Made by a program: the position numbers and the translations under genes. From NCBI GenBank assembly GCA_963682135.1, contig OY821645.1:2880001-2944000 (forward strand): a stretch of 64,000 nucleotides of DNA, in the 5' to 3' direction. Position 1 is the stretch's first letter; each line of letters opens with the position of its first letter. Origin of the DNA: Methanothrix sp. (GTDB lineage Archaea; Halobacteriota; Methanosarcinia; Methanotrichales; Methanotrichaceae). The notes beneath the pieces were generated by a model. That model ran no database searches. It had not been told where the DNA came from and saw nothing but the letters and a program-made list of their open reading frames with translations. Positions 21,712-31,123 of this stretch are shown here, piece by piece.

Positions 21712-22110
21712 TTATGCGAGGGGTTCTATTCCCAGGTAATCATAATATCCGCGCTTGAAGGATTCAAACTCTTTTATGGTCTCATAGGCTTTGTCGTACA
21801 TAAAGGGCGTTTCATCTGCGTAAAGGATCTTGCCCTTCAAGACCTGCATGCGCAAAGGAAGGGGAAGCTGCTGGAAGATCTAATGTCATAGACATCATCA
21901 AAGATCTGATAAGACTTTGAGGCGGAATTCAGGGGCATCGGCATCATCGTAGTATACACAGATATCAATGTCCGAATCCTCCTTCATCCTGCCGACTGAG
22001 GATGAGCCGTAGAGGATGATGAATCTGACTTTGTCGCCACAGAGCGATTTAATTTTCTGGACGGCTCGATCAATTTTCGCATGCATTACCATTGGTTCTC
22101 CTGGGCTCAT
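21712..22110 (-). pseudogene. MNT-type minimal nucleotidyltransferase antitoxin, disrupted
   Basis: LYGSSSVG..EDSDIDICV, then a short out-of-phase patch with four stops, then IFQQLPLPLRMQVLKGKILY...EFESFKRGYYDYLGIEPLA*. Confidence 0.85.
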
Positions 22111-22213
22111 TGGCTGGTTATCCGCGTTCAAAGGGGAAAAGCTTTTCTGAGAAGTGCATTGGCCAGGTAAAGTTTTAATCTTTAGTGAGATGCTCTCATG
22201 TTGGTGAGCCCAA

Positions 22214-24409
22214 TTGTCTAGCCAGGCTGAGATTCATGAAATGATCTCAAGCACAAAGGCCGAGGATCGGAAAGATGCGGCTTCTGCCCTGGTTTCAGCC
22301 TTAGCCCTTCTGCCCGATAAAACCCAAGGCTGGCAGGATCTCCTGAGGCTCACTCAAGACCAGGATAGCGACGTGCGAATGATTGCAGCCCGTGCCCTGG
22401 GCTTCGCCTTTTCCCTTCAGCCCGACAAAGACCAACGATGGCAAGATCTCATCAGGTTGTCCTACGATGATAAGAGCATAGGTCAATCGGAGGCAATCGA
22501 GGTTCTAGGAACTGTTTTCGGTTTCGTTCCAAATAAAGACCAGGCATGGAGGGACCTCTTCAATTTGGCTAATGATGACAATAGGCAGAGCTTCATTCAA
22601 ATGACTGCAGTAATTGCAATGGGTAAGGCATTCATCCAAATTCCAGACGAAAGAAAGGATAATGCTTGGCACGATCTCCATAATTTAACAAATCACCAGG
22701 AGAAGGGTGGCGTCCGATGGGGTGCCGCACTGGCCATTGGGACTGCTTTCTGCCATCTTTCTGAAAAATATCGTCATGAAGCTTTAGAGGATCTGCATAG
22801 GCTTGCTGATCCTAATGAAAAAACTGGAGTTAAATGGGGTGTAGCTGAAGCTTTGGGAGTGGTGTTTAGTCATATTACGGATGAAGAAAGGAGTGAAGCT
22901 CTGAGGGATTTGCTGAGCTTTACCAGGGATGTTGATAGCAGCGTGAGAATGCAAGCCTATTATTCCCTGGGAAGAGCTTCCTTTTTCAATGCTCAAGCAT
23001 GGCAAATGCTTCATAGACTAACTCAAGATAGAGACGACGTATTACGACGGGATGTAGTGCGACGGGAAGTGGCAAAAGCTCTGGGGTCAATTTTCAGCCA
23101 AGTTGCTGATCGGGATCAAGCTTGGCAAGATCTTTATGAGCTAACTCAAGATGGAGACAGAGACTTACGAATGTATGCCTATCACTCTTTAGGAAGGGCT
23201 TCCGTTTTCAAGGCCACAGAAGCGCATGATAATGATACTTTGAATAAGGAACTAAAAGCCGCTGTAGCTTTTTTTAAAAAATCGTCTCAAGAGGCAAAGT
23301 GCAGCCCTGCAAATTTCTGCTATTTATTCTATCGATCGTATCTAGCGCTGGCTTTTCAGGGAGCGTCAGAATCAGAGGTGAAAAAGTACCTTGCAGAGGC
23401 CAAAGAAGCTGTTGGTGGCTCAGAAAATAAAAAAAAGCTGCTTAGCGCTGTGGAAAATCTGGCAAAAGCTCTGGAAGAGAGCCAAAAGCTCAAGGAAAAA
23501 TCCATCAAGGATATTCAGTGCGATCTTCAAGCCTACCGATGGTATTGCGACCGGGCAGCCGAGCATATGGCAGCGGTGGAAGAAAAGGCTCCGGGTGCAG
23601 TCGGATTGCTGAGAAAATGCAACCCCATTATTGAAGAGAGGATCGAGGCCACGATCGCCGGCATCCAGAAGGCGGCCAGGGAAATCTGTCAGGTGACCCG
23701 AGGATCGGGCAAGAAATATGAGGAGCCCGGCGCTCAGATAAATCGAGAGGCAAAGAGCCTCTCTTCGGAAGATCCGATAAAAGCATTCAAGAGCAGCACA
23801 AGGATTGCCTCGATTCTCAGAGTGTTTTGCGGGCTTTTGCCCAGGGACAAAAGGGGGCATGCCTGCGAGATCGTGGATGAGATTGAAACAGAGCAGGATC
23901 TATCCGGCAGGCTCTCCAAGATCGAGTTGGCACTGACCTATCTCCAACCAAATATCGATATGGCAGCTCATGAATCAGCTACTGTCAATAAGCTGGAGGA
24001 GATGCACATCGACATAAAATCGATGGATAAGAAGCTAAATACCATCATACTCGATCTATCAAAGATCAAGATCAGCTCAGGGGATATCTCTGCCAATCTG
24101 TGTTCCGTGAGAACTGCACTCTACAAAATAGAGGAGATGGAAAGAGCCTCGGCAAAGGATCAAAAAGGCGTTCTTACGCCTCCCGTGCATCCAAGTGAGA
24201 GCCAAATTGAACTCGGTAATCTCATCGAAGCCAGAGTATCGGAGCTGGAAGAGATCCTGAAGTGCAAAGCGACGAAGGAGGATATTCAGGCCATCCTGAA
24301 TAAGTTAGAGAGCCTGAAGCCGTCAGCAGGATTTGAATGGCTGGGCAGAATTGCCGACTTGATTGCAGTCTTTGATGCGTCGATTAAGGTCTTTTCATTT
24401 CTCATGTAG
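22214..24409 (+). CDS. HEAT/PBS-lyase-like repeat protein, paralog A (divergent repeats, conserved helical C-terminus)
   Basis: WQDLxxLTQDxDxxVRxxAAxALG repeats; TTG start after GGTGAG RBS. Confidence 0.9.
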   Translation: MSSQAEIHEMISSTKAEDRKDAASALVSALALLPDKTQGWQDLLRLTQDQDSDVRMIAARALGFAFSLQPDKDQRWQDLIRLSYDDKSIGQSEAIEVLGTVFGFVPNKDQAWRDLFNLANDDNRQSFIQMTAVIAMGKAFIQIPDERKDNAWHDLHNLTNHQEKGGVRWGAALAIGTAFCHLSEKYRHEALEDLHRLADPNEKTGVKWGVAEALGVVFSHITDEERSEALRDLLSFTRDVDSSVRMQAYYSLGRASFFNAQAWQMLHRLTQDRDDVLRRDVVRREVAKALGSIFSQVADRDQAWQDLYELTQDGDRDLRMYAYHSLGRASVFKATEAHDNDTLNKELKAAVAFFKKSSQEAKCSPANFCYLFYRSYLALAFQGASESEVKKYLAEAKEAVGGSENKKKLLSAVENLAKALEESQKLKEKSIKDIQCDLQAYRWYCDRAAEHMAAVEEKAPGAVGLLRKCNPIIEERIEATIAGIQKAAREICQVTRGSGKKYEEPGAQINREAKSLSSEDPIKAFKSSTRIASILRVFCGLLPRDKRGHACEIVDEIETEQDLSGRLSKIELALTYLQPNIDMAAHESATVNKLEEMHIDIKSMDKKLNTIILDLSKIKISSGDISANLCSVRTALYKIEEMERASAKDQKGVLTPPVHPSESQIELGNLIEARVSELEEILKCKATKEDIQAILNKLESLKPSAGFEWLGRIADLIAVFDASIKVFSFLM

Positions 24410-24454
24410 TAAAGAGTTCACTTTCTTGGTTCGGTTTTTCGGTTTGTTATCCAC

Positions 24455-24890
24455 CTACCACACCTTCAAATCTATCCCCTCGATCCTCACCATCGCTCCT
24501 TCGGAGTGCACCACCACTCCGGAGTGCACCTTCTGCATCATGGAGTAGCTCCGGCAGAAATCGCACCGTCTCGCCCACTTCCGGCCTCCTGCCCCGGCTC
24601 ACCGTACCCTCGAAGGCGGCCACCATGCAGATGCCGATATCCTCAGGTGCGGGAAGCCCTTGCAGCAGATGCACCGGCCCGACCAGATGCACAGTGACGA
24701 TTCCCCTGCTTATTCTTTAGCACTTCTGCAAAATGAGTGATGGGACAGCCCAAAGGCCGGTAGCGGAAGACGTCGCCCTCCTTGAGGCGCGCCTCAGAAT
24801 TGAAGGGATGCAGATCCTCCCGGCAGGATGGCTCACCCGGCAGCGGAGCCAGGGCGAAGTCGGCCCTCAGGCCGTCCAGAACGCCGATGA
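24455..24890 (-). pseudogene. 3' two-thirds of the Fe-S gene, frameshifted copy
   Basis: Colinear with 29790-30223; carries GGAGTAGCTCC in place of GCAGTGCTCC; ends at CCGATGA. Confidence 0.93.
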
Positions 24891-24940
24891 GGTCGCTTAA
24901 TTGCGCCAGTAAATCTTCACAAGAATCGATTACGATCTTG

Positions 24941-25309
24941 TCAAGCTCTTAAGGGTCGTCTTCTGTACCTGCCCAATTCAACAATTATAATGGCTTGTTG
25001 TAGTACATCGTTTTTGGCGGAGCTTAAGAACTTCAAGAGTGCCTCGTTTACTTCACTGGCAACAAATCCTGTGGGCAATCTCAAAATTATTGCACCAGGA
25101 TGCTGTGGATATCTGATAATTTCGCCATAATCAAGGTCTCTGGTTATTACTACTCTGTCAGCATTGAGGGCGTAGTCTATTATCTCTTGATCTCTTGCAT
25201 ATCTCATGCCCAAATCTCTAACTTCCTGCACATCAAAGCCCAGGGAGTGAACAACAGCAGCGCTCGATCTGGGCATGTCGGCATCCATCAGAAATTTAGG
25301 CTTGGGCAT
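24941..25309 (-). CDS. DUF5615 PIN-like toxin
   Basis: [32 protein letters not shown]. Confidence 0.9.
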   Translation of the reverse strand: MPKPKFLMDADMPRSSAAVVHSLGFDVQEVRDLGMRYARDQEIIDYALNADRVVITRDLDYGEIIRYPQHPGAIILRLPTGFVASEVNEALLKFLSSAKNDVLQQAIIIVELGRYRRRPLRA

Positions 25310-25523
25310 AGGCAGTGATCTCTTCGCCGGCAATTATCCGAGCCGCATATGCCAGAGCCGCCAGGACATCTTCTTTTTGCAGGTCATATTCCTTGACGAT
25401 CTCTTCGACCTCCATACCGCCGGCCAGTGAGCCGATAATTATCTCCAAAGGAACACGGGTGCCCTTTATGATCGGTTTACCATGCCGAACTGCCGGATCG
25501 ATTACTATTCTCTCCTCGTACAT
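25296..25523 (-). CDS. DUF433 antitoxin
   Basis: RIVIDPAVRHGKPIIKGTRVP, GMEVEEIVKEY, EDVLAALAYA. Confidence 0.93.
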   Translation of the reverse strand: MYEERIVIDPAVRHGKPIIKGTRVPLEIIIGSLAGGMEVEEIVKEYDLQKEDVLAALAYAARIIAGEEITAYAQA

Positions 25524-25766
25524 TTTATGTCCCCAGATAGGTTACTTCTGTGGCCTTCTAAGCATAAATCCTTTTGTGGAGCGTACGAAGATTAGCCATT
25601 CAATAAAATCCATTTGGAAAGATCACCTGCATGAAGATGCGCCTATCTCGGGAAAGAGCTCAAGTGCACCGGCGGACGTGCACGTGGGCGTGAGCGGGTG
25701 CATCCCACCTGGTGTAAAGCAAAGTTTTTTGATCTTTGAGGGATGACCTCGTCTCTGTGAGCCCAA

Positions 25767-28577
25767 TTGATTAATCAGGTCGAGATACATGAAAGGGTCT
25801 CAAGCAAAGAGGTTGAGGATAGAAAATGGGCGGCCAAAGCTATTGGTTCAGCATTTGCCCATTTGCTCGACAGGACTCAGGGCTGGCAGGATCTGCACCA
25901 ACTCGCTCAAGATCCGGAGAGCGAAGTGCGGCGGAATGCAGCCGATGCCCTAGGTTCAGCCTTTAACCATTTGGATGACAAAGATCAAGGCTGGTGGGAT
26001 CTGCACCAGCTCACCCAAGATCCGGAAAGCGAAGTGAGATGGGTTGCAGCCGATTCCCTGGGTTTAGCCTTTGCTATCCTGCCCGACAAGAATCAAGGAT
26101 GGCAGGATCTTCTTAGGCTCACTCAAGACCCTGAAATCGAAGTGCGATGGCGTGCAACTGACGCCCTCGGTTTAATCTTTGTTCATTTTCCAGACAAAGA
26201 CCAAGGATGGAAGGATCTTCTCAGGCTCACTCAACTATCGAAGAGCGATATGCATTGGGATGCAGCCTATTCTCTAGGTTTGGCCTTTGCCATTCTTCCC
26301 AATAAAATCCAAGGATGGCAGGATCTACATCGGCTCACTCAAGACTCGGAAAGCAAAGTGCGACAGAGTGCTGCCGATATTCTTGGTTTAGCCTTTGCCC
26401 ATTTGCCTGACAAGACCCTGGGTTGGCAAGATCTGCACCAGCTCGCATTAGATCTAGAGAGCGAAGTGCGACAAAATGCCGCCAATGCCCTGGGTTTAGC
26501 TTTTGCCCATTTGCCCGACAAGAGCCTGGGCTGGCAAGATCTGCACCAACTCACTCTAGATCCAGAGAGCGAAGTGCGACAGAGTGCTGCTGATTCTCTA
26601 AGTTCAGCTTTTGTCCATTTGCCAGAAAAAGACAAAGGCTGGCAGGATCTTCTTAGGTTATCTCAAGACCCAGAGGACGAGATGCTAGGGAGTGCAGCCT
26701 ATGCCTTGGGTTTAGCCTTCCTCCATTTGCCAGACAAGCTCCAAGGATGGCAGGATCTGCACCAGCTTATTCAAGCTACAGAAAGCGAAGTGCGAAGGAG
26801 TGCAGCCGATTCGCTGGGCTTGGCTTTTGTCCATTTGCCAGACAAAGATCAAGGATGGCAGGATCTGCACCAGCTCATTCAAGATGCAGAAAGCGAAGTT
26901 AGACGGAGTGCAGCCGATTCGCTGGGCTTGGCCTTTGCCCTTCTGCCCGACAAAATGCAAGGCTGGCTAGATCTGCACCGACTCATTCAAGACCAGTATA
27001 GCTCCGTGCGACGAAGCGCAGCCGATTCCCTGGGCTTGGCTTTTATCCATTTGCCAGATAAAGATCAAGGTTGGCAGGATCTGTACCAGCTCACTCAAGA
27101 CAAGGGTAGTTACGTGCGACTGAGCGCAGCCAAAGCCCTAATTTTAGCATTTGCCCTTCTGCCCGACAAAGTGCAAGGCTGGCAGGATCTGCACCAACTC
27201 ACTCAGGACACAGAAAGCGAAATGCGGCGGACCTCAGCCAAAGCCTTGGGCTCAACCTTTGCCCATTTGCCCAATAAAATTCAAGGCTGGCAGGATCTTT
27301 GCATGCTAACACAAGACATAGATAGCGACGTTCGAATGTATGCATACCACTCCCTGGGAAGAGTATCGGTTCATAAAGCCTCAGAGTCTATCGATAAGAA
27401 TACCATTAGAGCAGAGTTGGAAGCAGCAGTCGAATATTTTGAGAAATCATACCAAGAGGAGCCCAGCTTCAATCCAGCAAGTTTTTGTCGTCCCTTTTAT
27501 CGATCATACCTTGCTCTAGCTTTCCAAAATGCATCTGATGAAGAAGTCCAGAGGTATCTTGCCGAAGCAAAAAAAGCTGTAGGCAGCAATAAAAATAGAA
27601 AAGAGTTATTTAGCGCCATAGAAAATCTGGCCAAGGCTTTAGAAGAGACCCAAAAACTCAAGGAAAAAACGATAAAGAACATTCAAAGCGATATAAAAGC
27701 ATACCAGTGGTACTGTGATAGAGCATCTGAACACATGGTCGCAGCAGAAGGTAAAGCACCCGGTACGGTCAAGCTGCTGAGAAAATGCAATCCAATTATT
27801 GAAGAAAGAATAACGGCCACGATCGCCGGGATCCAGAATACTGCCAGGGAAATCTGTCTGGTGACCCGCGGATCTGGCACGAAATATGAAGAGGCTGGCG
27901 CCCAGATAAATCGAGAGGCAAAGAGCCTCTCTCCAGATGATCCGATAAAAGCATTCAAGAGCAGCACCAGGATGGCCTCGATTCTCAGAGAGTTCTGCGG
28001 GCTTCTGCCCAGGGACAAAAGGGGGCATGGCTGCGAGATCGTGGATGAGATTGAAGATGAACAGGATCTAATCGGCAGGTTCTGTAAGATGGAGCTGTCA
28101 CTGACATTTCTTCTGCCGAATATTACTCTAGCAGCATACGAATCTGCAACCAATAGCAAGCTGGAAGAGATTCATAGTGACGTAATAAAAATGGATGAAA
28201 AGCTAAACACGATAATATTCGACCTCTCAAAGATAAAAATTGGGTCTGGAAATATATTCGCCAATCTATGTGCGGTAAGAACTGAACTGAACAAGATAGC
28301 CGAGATTGAAAGGGGCTCAGTTTTGGATAACCAAAGGGTTTCAAAGAATCCATCCCATTCAAATGAGACTCAAATTGAACTCGGCAAGCTTATTGAATCC
28401 AAAGCCTTTGAACTGGAAGAAATCCTGAAGACGAAAGCGACGAAAGATGATGTCCAGGCAGTCCTGAATAAGCTAGAGAGCCTGAAGCAGTCAGATGGAT
28501 TTGAATGGCTTGGCAGAATTGCCGACGTGATAGCAGTCTTCGATGCATCGATAAAGGTTCTTGCATTCCTCACTTAA
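25767..28577 (+). CDS. HEAT/PBS-lyase-like repeat protein, paralog B
   Basis: 13 regular 36-aa repeats plus a capping repeat; same C-terminal domain as paralog A. Confidence 0.93.
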   Translation: MINQVEIHERVSSKEVEDRKWAAKAIGSAFAHLLDRTQGWQDLHQLAQDPESEVRRNAADALGSAFNHLDDKDQGWWDLHQLTQDPESEVRWVAADSLGLAFAILPDKNQGWQDLLRLTQDPEIEVRWRATDALGLIFVHFPDKDQGWKDLLRLTQLSKSDMHWDAAYSLGLAFAILPNKIQGWQDLHRLTQDSESKVRQSAADILGLAFAHLPDKTLGWQDLHQLALDLESEVRQNAANALGLAFAHLPDKSLGWQDLHQLTLDPESEVRQSAADSLSSAFVHLPEKDKGWQDLLRLSQDPEDEMLGSAAYALGLAFLHLPDKLQGWQDLHQLIQATESEVRRSAADSLGLAFVHLPDKDQGWQDLHQLIQDAESEVRRSAADSLGLAFALLPDKMQGWLDLHRLIQDQYSSVRRSAADSLGLAFIHLPDKDQGWQDLYQLTQDKGSYVRLSAAKALILAFALLPDKVQGWQDLHQLTQDTESEMRRTSAKALGSTFAHLPNKIQGWQDLCMLTQDIDSDVRMYAYHSLGRVSVHKASESIDKNTIRAELEAAVEYFEKSYQEEPSFNPASFCRPFYRSYLALAFQNASDEEVQRYLAEAKKAVGSNKNRKELFSAIENLAKALEETQKLKEKTIKNIQSDIKAYQWYCDRASEHMVAAEGKAPGTVKLLRKCNPIIEERITATIAGIQNTAREICLVTRGSGTKYEEAGAQINREAKSLSPDDPIKAFKSSTRMASILREFCGLLPRDKRGHGCEIVDEIEDEQDLIGRFCKMELSLTFLLPNITLAAYESATNSKLEEIHSDVIKMDEKLNTIIFDLSKIKIGSGNIFANLCAVRTELNKIAEIERGSVLDNQRVSKNPSHSNETQIELGKLIESKAFELEEILKTKATKDDVQAVLNKLESLKQSDGFEWLGRIADVIAVFDASIKVLAFLT
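25884..27287 (+). repeat. 108-bp tandem coding repeat, 13 units
   Basis: TGGCAGGATCTGCACCA(A/G)CTCACTCAAGA-like word recurring every 108 nt. Confidence 0.9.
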
Positions 28578-28597
28578 CTAAAGAACTCACGTTCCTT

Positions 28598-29035
28598 CTA
28601 CCACACCTTCAGATCGATCCCCTCGATCCTCACCATCGCCCCTTCTGAGTGCACCACAACTCCCGAGTGCACCTTTTGCATCATGGAGTAGCTCCGGCAG
28701 AAATCGCACTGTCTCCCCCACCTCCGGCCTCCTGCCCCGGCTCACCGTCCCATCGAAGGCGGCCTACCCGTGCAGATGCCGATGTCCCCCTGGCGCTGGC
28801 AGGCCATGCAGCAGATGCACCGGCCCCACCAGGTGCACGGTGACGATTCCCCTGTCATTCTTGAGCACTTTTGCAAAATGAGTGATTGGGCAGCCCAAAG
28901 GCCGGTAGCGGAAGACATCGTCCTCCTTGTGGCGCGCCTCTGGATTAAAAGGATGCAGATCTTCCCGGCAGGATGGCTCGCCGGGCAGCTGTGCCAGGGC
29001 AAAGTCGGCCCGCAGGCCGTCCAGCACACCGATGA
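28598..29035 (-). pseudogene. 3' two-thirds of the Fe-S gene, frameshifted copy (proximal)
   Basis: Colinear with 29790-30223; same GGAGTAGCTCC lesion plus further indels; ends at CCGATGA. Confidence 0.93.
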
Positions 29036-29163
29036 AATCCCAATCAGAAAAGGACCATTCTTGCCAAATTTATCCACTACCGCCAAGCTGAGCAGAAGAG
29101 AATCCGGTCATGAAACCGAATCAAAAGATAACTGTTAAATCCCATCGAGTAGTAGAATAAGTC

Positions 29164-29415
29164 ATGTTCTCGGAATATATCGCGGCGGCTTTGAGGCGGG
29201 CGAAGTACGAATCCCTGGAGAATGGCTCTTACATGGCCACTGTGGAAGGTCTTCGTGGCGTGATAGCCACCGGTGAGACTATTGAAAAATGCCGGGAAGA
29301 TCTAATCGAAGTTATTGAGGAATGGATTGCCATTCGGTTGCAGAGAGGCTTTGCCATTCCGTCCCTTGAGGGTCATGCAATAAGCGTCTCCCAGGAGCCG
29401 ATGGCCATTGTGTAG
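29164..29415 (+). CDS. hicB: HicB-family antitoxin
   Basis: YMATVEGLRGVIATGETIEKCREDLIEVIEEWI. Confidence 0.88.
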   Translation: MFSEYIAAALRRAKYESLENGSYMATVEGLRGVIATGETIEKCREDLIEVIEEWIAIRLQRGFAIPSLEGHAISVSQEPMAIV

Positions 29416-29629
29416 AATAATTCCCGTTCCTTATCGCGTCCTAATCAAGAAGCTGAAGAAGCTGGGATTAGAGGGACCACACCATGGCAGCAAGCACCCT
29501 TACATGGTCATTGGCGACACAGTTATCATCCTACCAAATCCGCATCAAGGCGAGGACGTAGATGTAAGTCTCATTAAGACCATTTTAAGAGATGCCGGTA
29601 TCTCCCGCGAGGAATGGATTTCAGCATAA
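29408..29629 (+). CDS. hicA: HicA-family toxin
   Basis: LIKKLKKLG, GSKHPYM, LPNPH, LIKTILRDAGISREEW. Confidence 0.88.
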   Translation: MCRIIPVPYRVLIKKLKKLGLEGPHHGSKHPYMVIGDTVIILPNPHQGEDVDVSLIKTILRDAGISREEWISA

Positions 29630-29789
29630 CATGCTCGCCTCGCTCAAGGAGGGGGCCCGGGAGGGGATTATACTGGGCTTTGGCGCGGTTTCTCGTGGCT
29701 CCTGATCATTCTGGAATACAAGTAAAAGACTTATGGTCGCATGCGGGGCGAGCCTAAAAGCAGTGAAGCTGATTGCTTTGAAATTACTC

Positions 29790-30416
29790 TTACCAAACCT
29801 TCAGATCTATCCCCTCGATCCTCACCATCGCCCCTTCTGAGTGCACCACCACTCCGGAGTGCACCTTTTGCATCATGCAGTGCTCCGGCAAAAAGCGCAC
29901 CGTCTCGCCCACCTCCGGCCTCCTGCCCCTGCTGACAGTCCCTTCGAAGGCTGCCACCAGGCAGATGCCGATGTCCTCGGGCGCTGGCAGGCCATGCAGC
30001 AGGTGCACCGGCCCCACCAGGTGCACGGTAATGATCCCCTGTTTGTTCTTGAGCACTTTGGCAAAATGAGTGATTGGACAGCCCAAAGGCCGGTAGCGGA
30101 AGATCTCCCCCTCTTTAGGCCGCGCCTCAGGATTGAAGGGATGCAGGTCCTCCCGGCAGGATGGCTCGCCACCCAGCGGGGCAAGCGCGAAATCAGCCCG
30201 CAAGCCGTCCAGAACGCCGATGATTTCCTCCGTCTTCTCTGAGCAGACAAAGAGCTTGGCGATCTCCTCAGCACGCCCTTTGAATCTCTCCTGCTTGAGC
30301 ACGGGGCAGCGCTCCAGCCCGGCCACGTCCACCAGCTTGGCGGCAAACTCCCGGCAACTGGAAAGGCCGCACTCCCCGCAGTTGTATCCCGGCAAGAGCT
30401 TCTCGATCTGCTGCAT
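29790..30416 (-). CDS. Fe-S cluster domain protein (intact)
   Basis: N-terminal LPGYNCGECGLSSC...CP FeS domain; [11 protein letters not shown]; [12 protein letters not shown]. Confidence 0.92.
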   Translation of the reverse strand: MQQIEKLLPGYNCGECGLSSCREFAAKLVDVAGLERCPVLKQERFKGRAEEIAKLFVCSEKTEEIIGVLDGLRADFALAPLGGEPSCREDLHPFNPEARPKEGEIFRYRPLGCPITHFAKVLKNKQGIITVHLVGPVHLLHGLPAPEDIGICLVAAFEGTVSRGRRPEVGETVRFLPEHCMMQKVHSGVVVHSEGAMVRIEGIDLKVW

Positions 30417-30424
30417 GTTTTACC

Positions 30425-31123
30425 TCACTCTCCGGTGTACTCCATGAAACCGTCCAAATGCCTCAGCACGCCCCGGTGATGCTCCTTGGCGATACGTAGC
30501 TCCCCCGTGCACAGAGTGCAGATGGCCAGAGGCGGATTGTGCCGCAAGACCATCTCACCAGAGATGTCCGGCCAGCCGGCCATGAGCTGTGCCAGCTCTG
30601 CCGAGCCCTTGCCGGAAAGCCCGTTAGCCTCAATGATCCGGCAGCCGGGATTAGCCTCCAGGATGCGTTCCCGGAAGACCTCCCTCTCCGCCTGGGATAC
30701 GAGGTCGCCTTTGGTCATGACCGCAGCATCGGCAGTGGTGAGCAGCGGCCCCACCTTGAGGGGGCTGTTGGGACCGGTGGTAACGTCGATCACGCAGATG
30801 GCCAGAGCCTTATCCGGATAAGGAGCACAGCGCAGGCACAGCCCGGCAGTCTCATTGAGCATGATGTCGGCCCCCTGGGCCGCAGCCCACTCCAGCATCT
30901 CGTCAAAATTGTAGATGGCGTAGTGGTCCGGGCACATATCCTTGGCCAGGCCCACGGCCACCGGCACCCCCAGCCGCTTAAATCGGGCGTCGTCCTCCGT
31001 CCACATGCAGTCGATCTTGACCACAGCGGGAGTGTGTCCGGCCCGCAGCAAGTCCTTCACAGCATGCATGAGCACCGAGGTCTTGCCCGAGCCCGGCGTT
31101 CCGGCCACCACTACCATCTTCAA
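30425..31123 (-). CDS. G3E (CobW/HypB/UreG-like) GTP-binding protein
   Basis: [31 protein letters not shown]. Confidence 0.9.
   Translation of the reverse strand: MKMVVVAGTPGSGKTSVLMHAVKDLLRAGHTPAVVKIDCMWTEDDARFKRLGVPVAVGLAKDMCPDHYAIYNFDEMLEWAAAQGADIMLNETAGLCLRCAPYPDKALAICVIDVTTGPNSPLKVGPLLTTADAAVMTKGDLVSQAEREVFRERILEANPGCRIIEANGLSGKGSAELAQLMAGWPDISGEMVLRHNPPLAICTLCTGELRIAKEHHRGVLRHLDGFMEYTGE

Noticed and set aside
21513-21891. Plus-strand ORFs 21513, 21550, 21554
   Set aside because: They overlap the antisense MNT pseudogene and a GC-rich intergenic patch; no protein-like signal
25884-27287. CRISPR array
   Set aside because: The periodicity is 108-bp in-frame coding repeats without unique spacers; no cas genes in the window
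20083-29035. Diversity-generating retroelement template/variable repeats
   Set aside because: No reverse transcriptase in the window, and the differences are not adenine-specific
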